NCBI RefSeq assembly: GCF_004010195.1
Contig: NC_057718.1
Span: forward strand, 95,074,003-95,138,002
Direction: 5' to 3'
Length of the DNA: 64,000 bases
Source of the DNA: Chiloscyllium plagiosum
Taxonomy: Eukaryota
Positions 49,544 to 62,835 of the stretch are shown here, piece by piece. Made by a program: the position numbers and the translations under genes. The notes under the pieces were generated by a model, which was not told the DNA's origin, made no database searches, and worked only from the letters and a program-made list of their open reading frames with translations. The stretch's first letter is position 1; each line of letters begins with the position of its first letter.

Positions 49544-50459
49544 TGTATGGATATGAAAGATTTTTTTTTTCGTTGTTTCTTTCTTGTCTCTATCTGTCTC
49601 TCCCCTCTGAGTTTGTGAGAAGTTGAAGACCACTCCAGGATTGAATGTAAGAATTAATACCATTCCTGATTCAAATACAGCAATGTCTGTTGCCTGTCTC
49701 TTTAAAATTGACTTCATGGTGTTACAACCCATTTGGGAAACTGCCTTGAATCTTAAGCCTCATTACCCTTGGGATTCACTCTGCAAAAGGTAACAATTTA
49801 ATCAAAACATGCAAAGTGCCCAATTAACCTTGCTGCTGAAATCAAGTAAACAGAAACCACCAACCAGGTTCCTGTCCCTAACGAGAATTACTGTTCATTA
49901 TAAACAAGTAAGTTCTAGTCATCAGTAAACAGCTAAGAAATATTATCATCTGTACTGGCTAAACCACAGTTCAATAACATCAGCCAACAAGTTTCACCGA
50001 GATGATTCCTTTAGTTTGCCCATAATTCTTTAATTGCTTTTCTTCAGGTTCCTTCACCTCCTCACGGGAGGCGCAGGGTGATTAGCGCGCAAATTGCAAA
50101 GTCTCTTAGTTCGTGGTTTAAGGCAACAATGCATAGGAATTTATTCGAGGAAATAACTGGCTTTATTCAGAATTTCCATACTTATTCTCAAAAGTATAAT
50201 TTATTGAAAATCCCATTCCTTACACTGCTACAAAAGCCTTAGCAGGTCAAGAAGACCAACTATTCTCCTGTCAATGCAACTATGGATATGTAAGAAATGT
50301 CAATGTTCCCAGCAAATTCCCAATAATTATATATTTTCAGTAATGGAGCAAAGATGCTTTTCTCTCTGACTAAAAATATCACCAGCAGCTTTGCAAGACA
50401 GTGGTGGCATTTTTTTAAAATCAAATTTGGTTTCTCATTCATTCCAGTTGTATGCATGT

Positions 50460-50845
50460 TAGAGTCATAGAATCTTAGAGGTGTACAGCATGGAATCATA
50501 CCCTTTGGTCCAACTCGTTCACGCCGACCAGATACCCAAAATTAATCTAGACCCATTTGCCAGCATTTGACCTATATCCCTCTAAACCGTTCCAATTATG
50601 TACCCATCCAGAAGCCTCTAATTGTTGGAATTGTACCAGCCTCCACCACTTTCCCTGGCAGTTCATTCCACACATGCACCACCCTTTGTATAAAAAAAAG
50701 TTGCCCCTTAGGTCCCTTTTAAATCTTTCCCCTCTCACCCTAAACCAATGCCAACTAGTCCACCACCCTGGGGAAAAAGACCTTGTCTATTTACCCAATC
50801 CTTGCCCCTTACGATTTTATCAACCTCAAAAGGGTCACCCATGTT
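50460..50845 (-). mobile_element. CR1 LINE 3' fragment
   Basis: RGERFKRDLRGNFF motif and tail. Confidence 0.85.
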
Positions 50846-51954
50846 AAAGGGGTGAAGAGAGATTTTATAATGGACTTGAGATTTTGAAAGTGATGCCTGT
50901 GCTCTAGCTACCCAACACATAGCTATAAAATAAAGGTCACAGGGGAGGGGCAAAGTGAATAGGATGAAATTACACTCCCCAGCCAAAAAAAAATCTACAA
51001 TTGCCAGTGAACTGTCCATTCAAACTGAATATGTTCTGCAATTCTATCATGTAGTTGAAGTGAATGTTTCAAAACTGTTTGGCCTATTCCAAAACGTTGA
51101 ATATTTTTCCAATACAACTCAGCACTATTTTAAAGGATTTAGATTATGTGGTATAGGAAATCTCATGGTGAACTGCATAGAAACTGTAGTCTTATCTGTA
51201 ATGAGCAAAGCAATATCTAACTGATGTTCTCATAATTAGGTGTTAATAGAGCGATAAAACACAAGATTGAGTATGCCATACTGATGTTTCACAATTCAGC
51301 AGAGTTAAGAAACATTGAAGATTTATTCGGCACTGCAAAATTTTCATTAACATATAAATCTCTGAAGAGCAGCAGTTGGCATTTTCAGTACAATCAAAAC
51401 TTAATTGAAATAATATTGTACAAGTCCATCATACTATGTATATTCTCCCTCCTTTGTCCATTTTCTTAAGATTTCCCTGGATGATTTCCAAAATTAATAA
51501 AGGAGCCTCTGCCATAAGTGAATTCTATTGTATGTTTTGCAGTTTGACTCTGCCCGATTGGAAGTGAAGCACAATTTTTATTTTATTTCCAGCATTAGTG
51601 CAGATCGCTGGGCAGAAAATCTACGCATGAAAAGTTTATCACCTCTTCTAGTGAAGTGCTGAGCATTGATACTGCAGTTCTGACTGCATGGGCAGCTCTC
51701 CGAGACAAAATTGTCAGTTCAACATGCAGTTGACTCTCTCAGCATATGTTTTTTTTATTTCAAAAGTATACTTTATTCATAAAATAATTTGATGGTCTGG
51801 ACAGTTGGTCATGCCATACATATGTAAACATGTACATACAGAGATCAGAATTTATCATTTTTATACAGGCCTGTACATTTTTCAATCATATGCCCATATA
51901 ATTAGCTGAGGCATCAGCAGAGCCCAAATGACTGCATGGGCCCCCTGTTCTTCA

Positions 51955-54900
51955 GTTGATGATCCTCCAGGCGCAGTTGATGTTCGTCTCGGTGTGCGTC
52001 CCGGGGGACAGGCCGTAGAGCACGGAGTCCCGTGTCACGGCGCTGCTCGGGACGAACCTCGACAGACACCACTGCATTCCTCTCCAGACTTCCTCTGCGT
52101 CGGCACATTCCAGAAGGAGGTGTGTGACAGTCTCGTCCCCCCCGCAGCCGCTTCAAGGGCAGCGTGCGGTGCGGCTGAGAGTCCGGGTGTGCATAAAGGA
52201 TCTCACAGGCAGAGCCCGTCTCACCACCAGCCAAGCCATGTCTTGGCGCTTGTTGGAAAATTCTGGCGATGAGGCATTCTACCAAATGGCTTTGACAGTC
52301 TGCTCAGGGAACCGCTCGATAGGATCCGCCCTCTCCTTTTCCCGAAGGGTCTCAAGGACACTACGTGCGGACCACTTCCTGATGGACTTGTGGTCAAAGG
52401 TGTTTTTCTTCATAAACTTCTCCACGAAGGACAGGTGATACAGAACGGTCCAACTATTCGGAGCGTTCCGCGGCAGCGAGGCCAGGCCCATCCTTCGCAA
52501 CACTGGGGACAGGCAGAACCTCAGTACGCAGTGACACTTGGTGTTTACGTACCGGGGATCCACGCACAGCTTGATGCAGCCACACACAAAGGTGGCCATC
52601 AGGGTGAGGGTGGCATTGGGTGTATTTTTTCCCCTGTTGCCCAGATCTTTGTACAGCGAGTCCCTTCGGACCCGATCCGTCTTTGACCTTCATATGAACT
52701 GGAAGATGGCCCGGGTAACTGCAGCGGCACAGGTTCTGGGAATAGGCCAGACCTGTGCCACGTATAATAGCAATGACAGTGCCTCACACCTGATGACCAG
52801 GTTTTTTTCCCGCGATGGAGAGCGACCCTAGCTTCCATCTGCCCAGTTTCTGCCTCACTTTGCTGATACGCTCCTCCCAAGACTTGGCGCACGCCCCAGC
52901 CCCTCCGAACCAAATACCCAGCACCTTCAGGTGGTCGGTCCTGACCGTGAAGGGGATCGAGGATTGGTCAGCCCAGTTCCCGAAGAGCATGGCCTCGTTC
53001 TTGCCTCGGTTTACCTTGGCCCCAGAGGCCCATTCGAACTGGTCACAGATGCACATGAGTCTGCGTACAGACAGCAGATCCGAGCAGAAAACGGCGACGT
53101 CATCCATGTACAGGGAGGTCTTAATAGTCACCCCTCTCAGGCTCGCATCCTTCCTGATGGACTCGGCAAATGGCTCTATGCAATACACAAACAAGGCAGG
53201 AGAGAGAGGGCAGCCCTGCCTGACTCCAGATCTGACTGGGAAGCTATCTGATTCCCACCCATTGATTGAGACTGCACTGACAATGTTGGTGTAGAGCAGT
53301 CTGATCCAATTGCAGATTCCCTCCCCAAAGCCCATTTTGGACAGAACATCTCTCCTATACCTGTGTGATATCCTGTCGAAGGCTTTCTCCTGGTCCAGGC
53401 TGATCAGGCAGGTGTCCAACCCCCTGTCCTGCATGTAGGCGATCGTATCCCTGAGGAGCGCGAGACTCTCAACGATCTTCCTGCCCGGCACAGCACAGGT
53501 TTGGTCAGGGTGAATCACCGACCCTAGAGCAGACCGGACCCGGTTGGCGATTACCTTTGACAGAATTTTGTAATCTGCATTCAACAGTGAGATTGGTCTC
53601 CAATTTTTGAGTTCCTCCCTCTCCCCCTTCCGCTTGTAGATGAGGGTGATGATGCCGTTCCTCATGGAGTCGCTCATGGTACCTGCCCGAAGCATACTGA
53701 CATACACCTCCAGCAGGTCCTGGCCAATCAAGTCCCACAGAGCGGAATAGAGCTCGACCGGTAAGCTGCCGCTTCCGGGAGTTTTATTCTTTCCGAAGGA
53801 CTCGAGGGCCTTGGTCAGCTCGTCCAGAGATAGCAGCTGGTTCAGTCTCTCCTGTGTTCTGTCGTCTAAGACCTCTGTGATAGAGGACAGGAATGACTGG
53901 GAGGCCGCGCTGTCGGTCGGCTTCGCGTCATACAGACTGGCGTAGAAGGATTTACTGATCCTCATGACGTCAGCCTGAGATGACGCTATCGAGCCATCTA
54001 CTTCCTTCAGGCTGCTGAGCACAGAGCTCTCTTTGTGCACCTTCTGGAAGAAGAAACGTGAGCACGTCTCGTCCTGCTCCACCGAGCGGACCCTGGACCG
54101 GAAGATTATCTTGAAGGCCTCCGAAGCAAAGAGCGAGGCTTGCTGGCCCTTCACCTCCTTGAGGTCCTCCGTGACATCCACCCCCATCGTCTGCAGCAGG
54201 AGCAGGTTCTGCATACTTTCCTGGAGCTGGGACAGTTTTCCCCACCTCTCTCTCGCCTCCTGAACACCCTTGAGGATGAAGAACCTCTTGATGTTCCCTT
54301 TTACTGTTTCCCACCAGTCCGCTGGGGACTCAAAGAGGGGCTTCACGGTTCTCCAACCTGCGTAGTCCCTCTTGAGCTCCTCAATGTTTCCCGGGGTCAA
54401 CAGCTTGGTGTTCAGCTTCCACGTTCCCTTACCAGCCCGCTGCTCATCCTGTAGGTGTCGGCCAGCAGGAAGCAGTGGACGGAGAAGAACACCGGCTTGA
54501 CGTCGGTGGATCTGACCGAGAGCGTTCAGGACACAAACAGGTAATCTATCCTTGAGCAGATAGATACACCTGGTCACGGGCAGACTGGTCTACGCTGCGC
54601 TCCGTCTGCAGGGGCGCTGAAGACGTTGTGCTGCTTTGCATCTTTTACCGTGTCCATCAGGGGTCTGGATGTGGTGTCCAGTTTACTGTCCCCCCACCGG
54701 ATCGTCCATCTGCATCAATGATGCAGTTGAAGTCTCCGGCCAGAATGACCGGCCTGGACATAGCCAGCAACAGTGGAAGCTGCTGCAGGACGGCCAACCG
54801 TTCACTCTTACCCACTGGGGCGTACACATTAATTAGTCTCAGGGGAGCATTCCTGTACATGATGTCGGCGACGAGGAGGCGCCCGCCCACTACCTCCTTA

Positions 54901-55134
54901 ACCCCGGAGATGGTGAAGTTGCCTCCTCTCAACAGGATACCCAGGCCGGAGGCGCGGCTATCGTTGCCCCCCGACCAAACTGATGGCCCATGGGCCCACA
55001 AGGTCGACCATCTCCTGTACCTGCTGAGGTGCGGTATCCCACACTTTAACGTTGGCCAGGAAGGCCATCGTAGAAACACATCGCGTAGCTGATTTGATGC
55101 TACGCACATTGATGCTGGCAACTCTTATCCCCAT
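51955..55134 (-). pseudogene. Tx1 ORF2 (APE endonuclease, RT, C-terminal Zn finger), disrupted
   Basis: MGIRVASINVRS, GDFNC, WRPISLLNADYKIL, DQEKAFDR, RQGCPLSP, YMDD, CP-SGCGGDETVTHLLLEC. Several frameshifts and deletions. Confidence 0.92.
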
Positions 55135-55135
55135 T

Positions 55136-56598
55136 TTAACAGTTTACAAGGTTAACAGTGTCCATTTGCTGCTGGTCTTGCCCCTCTGGGGTAGCTGTGT
55201 GCATTCCCGTGGTGACGGCAAACTGCTGGACCATCCCAGGGCTGAGGTAGCTGTCCGGCTCCACGCTGGAGCCATTTCCCCGCTCTGGTGTCTTCGGGTC
55301 GGGCCCAGGGTCCGCATGGTCCAGTTCTCCATCTGACAGCGGGGCTGTTACAGGACCGCTGCTCCCAGTTACCTGGAGCTGTGGGCCGGTGGGTACCTCT
55401 TGGTTCTCACCGGGTGGGGGGAGGCCTTTACCGCTCTGCTCAGAGGGATCGTCTTTTCCTGCTTGGGCGGTGCTGCCCTCCTTTTTCCCCACGGCGCTGT
55501 CTCTTCCTCTGGTGATGACCCGCCTTGCGCCCATCCTCACCGTCGGAAGAGCTGCATGTATCTTCGTCGCGCAGGTGTCGCTTCCCCCCCTCGCTGGGTG
55601 GCTTTGGGAGGTTTCCTCTTCCTGCTTTTCACGGTAATCCAATCCTCTGCTTCCTTTGGTCCCTTCTCTTCCATTTCCTCCGTCTGTCTTGCAGGAGCTT
55701 GGATCGGCTGCTGCACCTCCCTGCTGTCTGCCGTCTGCTCCGCTACAGCCCGCCCTTCCTTCTGGTTGCCTTGAGACCCCGTTCCCGTGCTGTTTTGTGG
55801 TACCTTGCTGGTCTTGGGCGGTCCACGGCTCGTGTTGCCACCTCCGGCCATCTGTGCGTAGGTGGCGGCCCCTCGTCTTGGGCAGGCCTTGTACATGTGG
55901 CCCGCCTCTCCGCACAGATTACAGTTCTTGGCCTCCTTACATTCCTTGGTCGGGTGGCCTTCCTACTTGCAACTTCGGCAGACGGTCACCTTGCAATCTG
56001 TCGCCATGTGGCCTGACCTCCCTCAGGTTCGGCACACTTTTGGCTGCCCTGCGTATGTCAGGTAACCTCTGCTTCCTACGATGGCAAAGCTGGAGGGTGG
56101 GTGGAGGATGTTCCCACTGGCATCGACCCTCAGGGTTACCCTGACCTGTCGTTTGCTGGTCCAGATTCCGAAAGGATCGACCACGTCGGTACTCTCTCCC
56201 TCGACCTGGACGTATCTCCTCAAGAAGGTCAGGACATCTGCTGCTGGGACGGGAGGGTTGTACATCTGGATTGTTACAACCCGACTCCTCTGCGCAGGAA
56301 GCACACACAACGGGACCGCCGACAAAATGGAGAACAGAGGTTCCCCGTCTTTTTCCTTGAAGACCTTCAGGAGCTGCTCGCAATTCTTCACGCTCCTGAA
56401 GGTCACATCGAAATAACCTGCCGTAGGGAAATCCTGCAGGCAGTACACGTCCGCTGCTTCGAACCTGCAGCACTCCAGCAAAATCTTCTTTACAAACACC
56501 GTCCGATCGACCGGTGTGCGCTCCTCCACCTTCTTCACAGTCACCCTGACTGTGTTGCGAATGCCCTGGCCAGGGCGGCGAGCGGCCGCTGAGGCTAT
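55136..56598 (-). pseudogene. Tx1 ORF1, gag-like with three CCHC knuckles (ZCCHC3-like), disrupted
   Basis: Start reads ATA (probably a mutated ATG) ASAAARRPGQGIRNTV. Knuckles CRT*GRSGHMATDC, CRSCK*EGHPTKEC and CNLCGEAGHMYKAC. Two premature stops and a frameshift. Confidence 0.85.
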
Positions 56599-57624
56599 AG
56601 CTCAGAGGTTGGCTGGTACCTGAATTGGCGTTAGGCCGAAGCCAGCATAAAGATCCACCAAGAGCAGGTCAGCACAACCAAACGATCCTCCAACGTCCAA
56701 TCACGATCCAGCGATGGTCTCCAGCAGCTCCGACGACTCGCAGCACAATCCCCGCGGTTTCTCCCCCGCCAGCACACGTCCGCTACGTCGAACCGACAGC
56801 ACTCGAGCAGAATCTCTTCCTCTGGTCCTCAGGAACTACACATATTCCGAGCCAAAAGGCCGAGAAGCGATCATTCCAGTGTAGTACTGAGGCAGTGTTG
56901 CACTGGCAAAAGCACCATCTTTCAAGTGAGTATTCAACCAAAGCCATCTTTTGGCTATGATGGACGTTAAATAATTTTAAAGAGATGGAGACATTACTAA
57001 TTTTAAGACATACTCAGTGAAAATGAATGTCTACAGCAAATTATTTAAAAATAATGCATCCATTGATTAGTTAGACCTTAAGACATAAAATGTTTTGGAA
57101 ATCTGTATCAGGAATTCCAAAGATTCCACACAATGATGTAATGCTGACTCTATCACTTGTTGTGATGTGTGCAAATCCCTCATCTACTGAATTACAAGGT
57201 TTTGTAAGGTATGCAAGCATCTCTGGCTCAAACAAGGCTGGAGTGGACGTTGTTTGGGTGGGAACTCTCAATGTGGGTATTCACGTATCCGTCATCTGGA
57301 ATCTGGTTAACTGGGCATTAATGGTAAATACTGGTGATCCACGTCTGTCCTTTGGTTCCAAGTCATAGTCTGAACTCTCGAAGAGGAGGCGCCTTGATTT
57401 TTGGTTCCTTTTGAAGTTTTGAGAGCACTTCTTCTGTTTCCTGTGAGGGGTGGGCGTAGGAGTTCACAAATCACCTGTGGTCCAGGAGCTGACTGAACAA
57501 AGGGACCTTTCCCTGAGTCCATGAGCATATTGGCAGGATCAACCACATAACTCAGCACCTATTCCAGGATGTTGTCCAACTGGTTTGTAGCCACTGATTG
57601 CTCTTGTTGTAGGATAATGGTAGC

Positions 57625-57730
57625 CATGATGTGAAGGTCCTGGTGTTGGACTGAGCTGCAGCGGTCCAAAAGCTAGTGCTTCCAGATAAACCTGTTGGAC
57701 TATAACCTGGTGTGGTGTGATTTTTAACGT
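57625..57730 (+). mobile_element. Pseudo-LTR family 2 fragment
   Basis: CCAAAAGCTAGTGCTTCCAGATAAACCTGTTGGACTATAACCTGGTG. Confidence 0.65.
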
Positions 57731-57965
57731 TGCAGGATAAGCATGCAAAAGAAAGAGATCAACAAATAAAGGGGCTGCTGGAGAAATTAAAATGGGGATT
57801 AAGGAAATGGAAAGCATGGAATGAAATCTTTGTATCTACCTTCATAATAAGACATAAAAAGTTAATTCCAAAGTTAATCGGGAGTGAAAAAAACTAATAG
57901 ACGTGGAAGGCTTAAGGATATTGATATGAAGAAAGAATACTGATGAGATGATCAGCAACAAAATG

Positions 57966-58280
57966 GAGCAGCATGGTGGCTCAGTGGTTAGCAGTGCTGC
58001 CTCACAGTGCCAGGGACCCAGGTTCAATTCAAGCCTTGGATGACTGTCTGTATGGAGTTTGCACATTCTCCGTGTGTCTGCGTGGGTTTCCTCTGGCTCC
58101 AGTTTCTTCCCACAGTCCAAAAGATGTACAGATCAGTTGAATTGGCCATTCTAAATTGCCCATAGTGTTAGGTGCATTAGTTAGAGGGAAACGGTTCTGG
58201 GTTGATTACTCTTCAGAGGGTTGGTGTGGACTTGTTGGGCCGAAGGGCCTGCTTCCCCACACTATTGGGAATCTAATCTA
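57966..58280 (+). mobile_element. HE1-like V-SINE
   Basis: Consensus head, V-domain and (ATCTA)n tail. Confidence 0.85.
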
Positions 58281-58549
58281 AAATCTGGTCTATGTTCTGG
58301 ATTGCCAGAGTTCGCTACAGAAATGGTGGACGCAAGGGCTTTCATGAAGTAGAATTTCCAGGACTCTGGAGTACTTCCTGTGGTTTGAAAGGTAACAAAT
58401 GCAACACCGCTATTCAAGATACAAAGTAGAGGAAAACTATCATTGTAGGGTAAATGCTAGAATTTTTCACATTCTGTGTACCATGTGAAATAAGATTTGA
58501 TATAATTTTAGCCTTCCTGTAAGGTTTTGGCATTTCTTTATTTTATATA

Positions 58550-58827
58550 CAGGTACACAATCCTTTATCCAAAAAAGTTCTGATATCCAAAATATTTTTG
58601 TGGAGTGTGGTGCATCATTTTGGCTTGTGAACAGGTGACCCAGCTCCACACCCACTCGAACCATGTCACTCAGATGTGACGTGGCGGTGTGGCCCAGCGC
58701 TTGTACTAGTCACACGTGCTTCTGCTGTTAATTTTAAAAAAAACTTCACTATGAAAATGTAATTTATTCCGAAAAAATTCCAAATTCCAAGAAACATCTG
58801 GATTTGGATAAAAGGACTGTGTACCTG
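58550..58827. mobile_element. Tigger-like MITE
   Basis: TIRs CAGGTACACAATCCTTTATCC / GGATAAAAGGACTGTGTACCTG. TA on the left, CA on the right. Confidence 0.75.
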
Positions 58828-58849
58828 CATTAAGAGGAAGCGATGACCA

Positions 58850-59172
58850 AGTGGGAGTGTATTATCGCTGGACTGTTAATCCAGAGACCCAGATAATGTC
58901 CTGGGTACCCAGATTTGAATCCCACCATGGCAGATTGTAGAATTTGAATTCAATAAAAAAATCTGGAACTAAGAATCTAATGATGACCATGAATCCAATG
59001 TCGATTGTCAGAATTCACTAATGTCCTTTAGGAAAGCAAACTGCCATCCTTACCTAATGATGACAGACCCACAGCAATGGGATTGACTGTTAACTGCTTC
59101 CGGGCAATTATGGACAGGCAATAAATGCTGGCCTAACCAGCGATGCCCTCATCCTGTGAGTGAATAATAAAT
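58850..59172 (+). mobile_element. tRNA-derived SINE with a CR1-like tail; an inverted older copy lies at 59350-59600
   Basis: TTAATCCAGAGACCCAG...TTTGAATCCCACCATGGCAG head and GGCAATAAATGCTGGCCTAACCAGCGATGCCC tail. Confidence 0.8.
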
Positions 59173-60599
59173 AAAAATTGACAATTTCTTTATTGGATGG
59201 AGCTGTTGTGATGTATTATTTTAGGTGCCTCACAGGGAAAGTCAAGAAGTGATGGAAAAAAGATGCAGAACATGTTCACGAGGATATTAGCTAGGATGAT
59301 GAATAACTTTTATGAAGTGAGGTTTGAGAAAAGTTGGAATATGATTAATGGCTTTTTAATGTGGACACCACTGGCTAAGTCAACATTTACTAACCAAGCA
59401 CTGCTGTGGGTCGTAATTCACATGTAGACCAGGTCAGGTATAGAGGACAGATTTCCTTCCCTAACGAATATTAGTGAACCAGATGGCTTCCATGATAATG
59501 GTTACACGAGACTAGTTTTTAATTGCAGCTGTTTTTAATTGAATTAGAATTTCATCATCTGCCAAGATAGGATTTGAATCCATATCCCCACACCATTAAC
59601 CTCATGTAACACACAAAAATTTCCCAGCAATAGTTCCACTACCCCACCTTCAGCTACAAAGGGACGTGGGTCAAATGAGATTAACGTGGATACTGATCAG
59701 CCAGGATCTAAGTGAACAATGCAATTTCAAGGGACTGAGCAACCAGTTTCATGAGAATCTTACCACTTTTTGAAAAAAACTTCTATATGAACACAATTTT
59801 CAGTTTTTGAAAATAAATGTTTCAAAGGTTTAAAACAAAACTGCACAGACTAGAGGGGTCTAAAACTGAAGTTAAGTTTCTTCCATTGCTGGGTTCAATT
59901 AATACATTTGCACTGAACTATGTATGTGCATTGAAGGCAAATCTTAAAGTATTTGCAAATAACATTAAGTGAATCAAATTATAAAATATTAACTTGAATG
60001 CTTTAGTATTTTTGAAAAACAAAAATTGCACTGATTGCATATCTACTGGCTTATGTTGGCATTTAAATTATACTCAAACTTTGAAATATGAGCTGAGACA
60101 TGGCTTTCTGCATCTAAGTGACTGTTTCACAAAAATGCAAAGATGACAGTAGGAAATAAAGTTTTTCGTTAGTAGAAAATGCAAACACTAATTTTTGAGA
60201 TGACCAAAATACAGATGTTCTCAATTTTAATTTCTGCACAGGAAAGAAGCCAACGTTCCAAAGCAATGACAACTTCTTTACTCCATGTAGTCAGCTTTGG
60301 ACTCCCTTCCCCTTCTGCTGACAAACATCAGCAACGTACCAACAACTCCCCCACCCCAACCCCAGAGAAAACATTTTGATATTTGGAGACATCTCCAAAT
60401 GCTCTACAGGTAATGCAACAGATTGCTTGATCAATGAGCAAGACACTAATGAGCATCTGAAAAGATGTGAAGATGTTATGCAGAGAAATAGCGAAGTTTT
60501 TAATCTAGAAGAACGCAAGCCGATGGTGGAGCGAAAAAAAGGTTGAGGGACATGTATAAACAATTAGAGAAACCCAGAAACATTTTTACCTCATTTAAA

Positions 60600-62835
60600 G
60601 CATGACATAATAAGCCATGATTTTATTTTACATTAAGTACACATTTAAATATAACAGGATGAGCAAGATGTTAAATCTTAATTCATGCTACTGAATACAT
60701 ATTTCCTGAGTATATATAGACAGTTTAAATCTTTTGCTAAGATCCCAAAACTGTTTTTTCATGCATAGTGGTTGTAAGATTAAAAGGTAAGGAAGATGTA
60801 AGTATGTACGGTCAGCTATTAGCGATTGAATCACTTTTCTAGACAAATATTTAAACAGACTAGTTGCCGGCTTTAGATAATGTACACCTCTGCAGTAATT
60901 GTAAATAGTCACACCATAATAACTGCTTTGAGAGACAAACACGCTAAACTTTACAACAGTAAAGATGGATATAAGTTATGGAGTACAATTTCTAATATGA
61001 AGTATAATTTCTATTAATACAGATTCTAGCTTCGAAGGCAGGAAGGGATAGACATGTACAGATGCTAAGCAGCTGAAACCATAGCTAGGGATGCAAATTG
61101 AGAAATACTACTGACCAATATTTACAGTAACTTAGAGAAATCAAATATTATTTACTGTAATTTGCACCCAATCACTACTTTGAAGAATGTTGCAATTCTC
61201 ACAACTGTAAACTATACCTTGCCAGATGCATTAATATTAATCAAGTTAAAGACTTGTTAAAATTTCAATCTTGATAGAATTGTGCACATAGAACCCGTTT
61301 CCACTGAAGCACACTCAGGAGATACTATGCTACCTCAAACACCAAACATAAATAGATGTGATCATGGAAGTATAGACTTAATTGTAAGTATTAGTTAAAA
61401 ATGGGACAATTTGGCAGGTGTATGTAATGGTAAAGTCCAATCCAAATCTTAGGAATGAATGTTGGTTTCAAATTATTCACAGTTCATTTTATTAGACTCC
61501 ACACCCAATTTGCCATATTATCCACTTATCATATATTACCAATACTTTCCACAACTTGTTGATCATCTTTTATGTTAGAATTTATAGATGCCTTGGAAAT
61601 AAGTTGGTAGAAACCAAAGTTATATAAGATTTTTTTTTAAACACAGCTGAAGTAGTTCAGAATCATATAGAAGATTAGGAGCTGCATGCATTGGCCCATA
61701 AAACAATATGGTGTTGCATTTCACTTATTTTAGAGAAATAAATATTTATGCTAAAATTGAACAGTTCACAGCTGAATTCTTCTTTCTATCCTGTGCCAAC
61801 ATACGCATCGCTTTTCAATTTTAATTGATAAATTATGATGAACATGACTCTTTCAACATTCTTAAAACAGAATATTTTAATAGTAACCTTAAATGTTATG
61901 AAAAACGTGCGATTGCAGTTGTATTCATCAGTGTGGCTGGTAAACCATGCAAGTATTGATTTATGGATTTCATAGCCAAGCAAGTAGCAGTATTTTCTTC
62001 ACAGACTAAAATTTGAACTTCAGGATTATTTTCATAATACTTTAATAATGCAGTTAATATACTACTTCTTTACATAATTTTGTTCCTTGTAACGTTAATT
62101 ATCTCATTTATACAACAGGTGGCATTCCAAGAGAAATTATCAAAGCCAATAATTCAATCATACAATGAGAAACATAGTTAGCACTTGTCACCCAAATGAG
62201 AATATCAATATATTAAAAGCTTTTGTGTGGCCAACTGAGATTTATAACAATCATGCAAAAGCTTTCTACACTATCTAAAAGTAAAAAATAATTTGGCCAA
62301 TGCAAATAGACACTTGGCCTCTATCTAGAAGTACTTTACACATTTCTGATCTAAAAATGTCAAAAATCTAAAGCAATCACTGTTTCATAAGAAGCACATT
62401 TAATGGCAAAGAAAGCAACGTGTTCATTTTGTACTTTGACTGTCGCAAAGACATCACTTTCTTTTTCCATTAGCTAGCTTCTAGTAAAAGTAATTTTGAG
62501 CTTTCCTCACCCAAAATAGAAAACAAATTATCACAATTGCACTGTATGAACTTAAATCTGAAATAATGCACAAACAATGGAAGGTAACATAGTAAATGTA
62601 AACATTGATGTGAATGCATCATGCAAATGCCCCCAACCATAATAAAATTTAAATGGCACATTAAATGTATTACAAAATAAAACACTATTTTTCCCCTTGA
62701 AGAATATACAATAAACTTTTTTTTAAAAAAGAGAATATGAAAACCAAGAACTTAAATTATTGTTCATGCCACAATGGACTGAGAATAAAAGAACTCTAGT
62801 ATTAAAATATGGAAGAATCGAAGAATTGTTTCAGA
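60600..62835 (-). other. Probable 3' UTR of that gene, with candidate AATAAA signals at 61488-61493 and 60622-60627
   Basis: About 3 kb with no recognisable repeat in a window otherwise saturated with them. AT-rich. TTTATT on plus. Confidence 0.5.

Larger units (their letters stand above)
51749..56870 (-). mobile_element. Near-full-length Tx1-clade (L1 group) non-LTR retrotransposon, inactivated
   Basis: GC-rich 5' UTR, ORF1 at 56598-55136, ORF2 at 55134 to about 51955, 3' UTR with AATAAA and an A tail at about 51749-51778. The 5' boundary is approximate and no clear TSD was found. Confidence 0.93.

Noticed and set aside
51914..56960. Many overlapping plus- and minus-strand ORFs
   Set aside because: They are alternative frames of the GC-rich Tx1 element, not independent genes.
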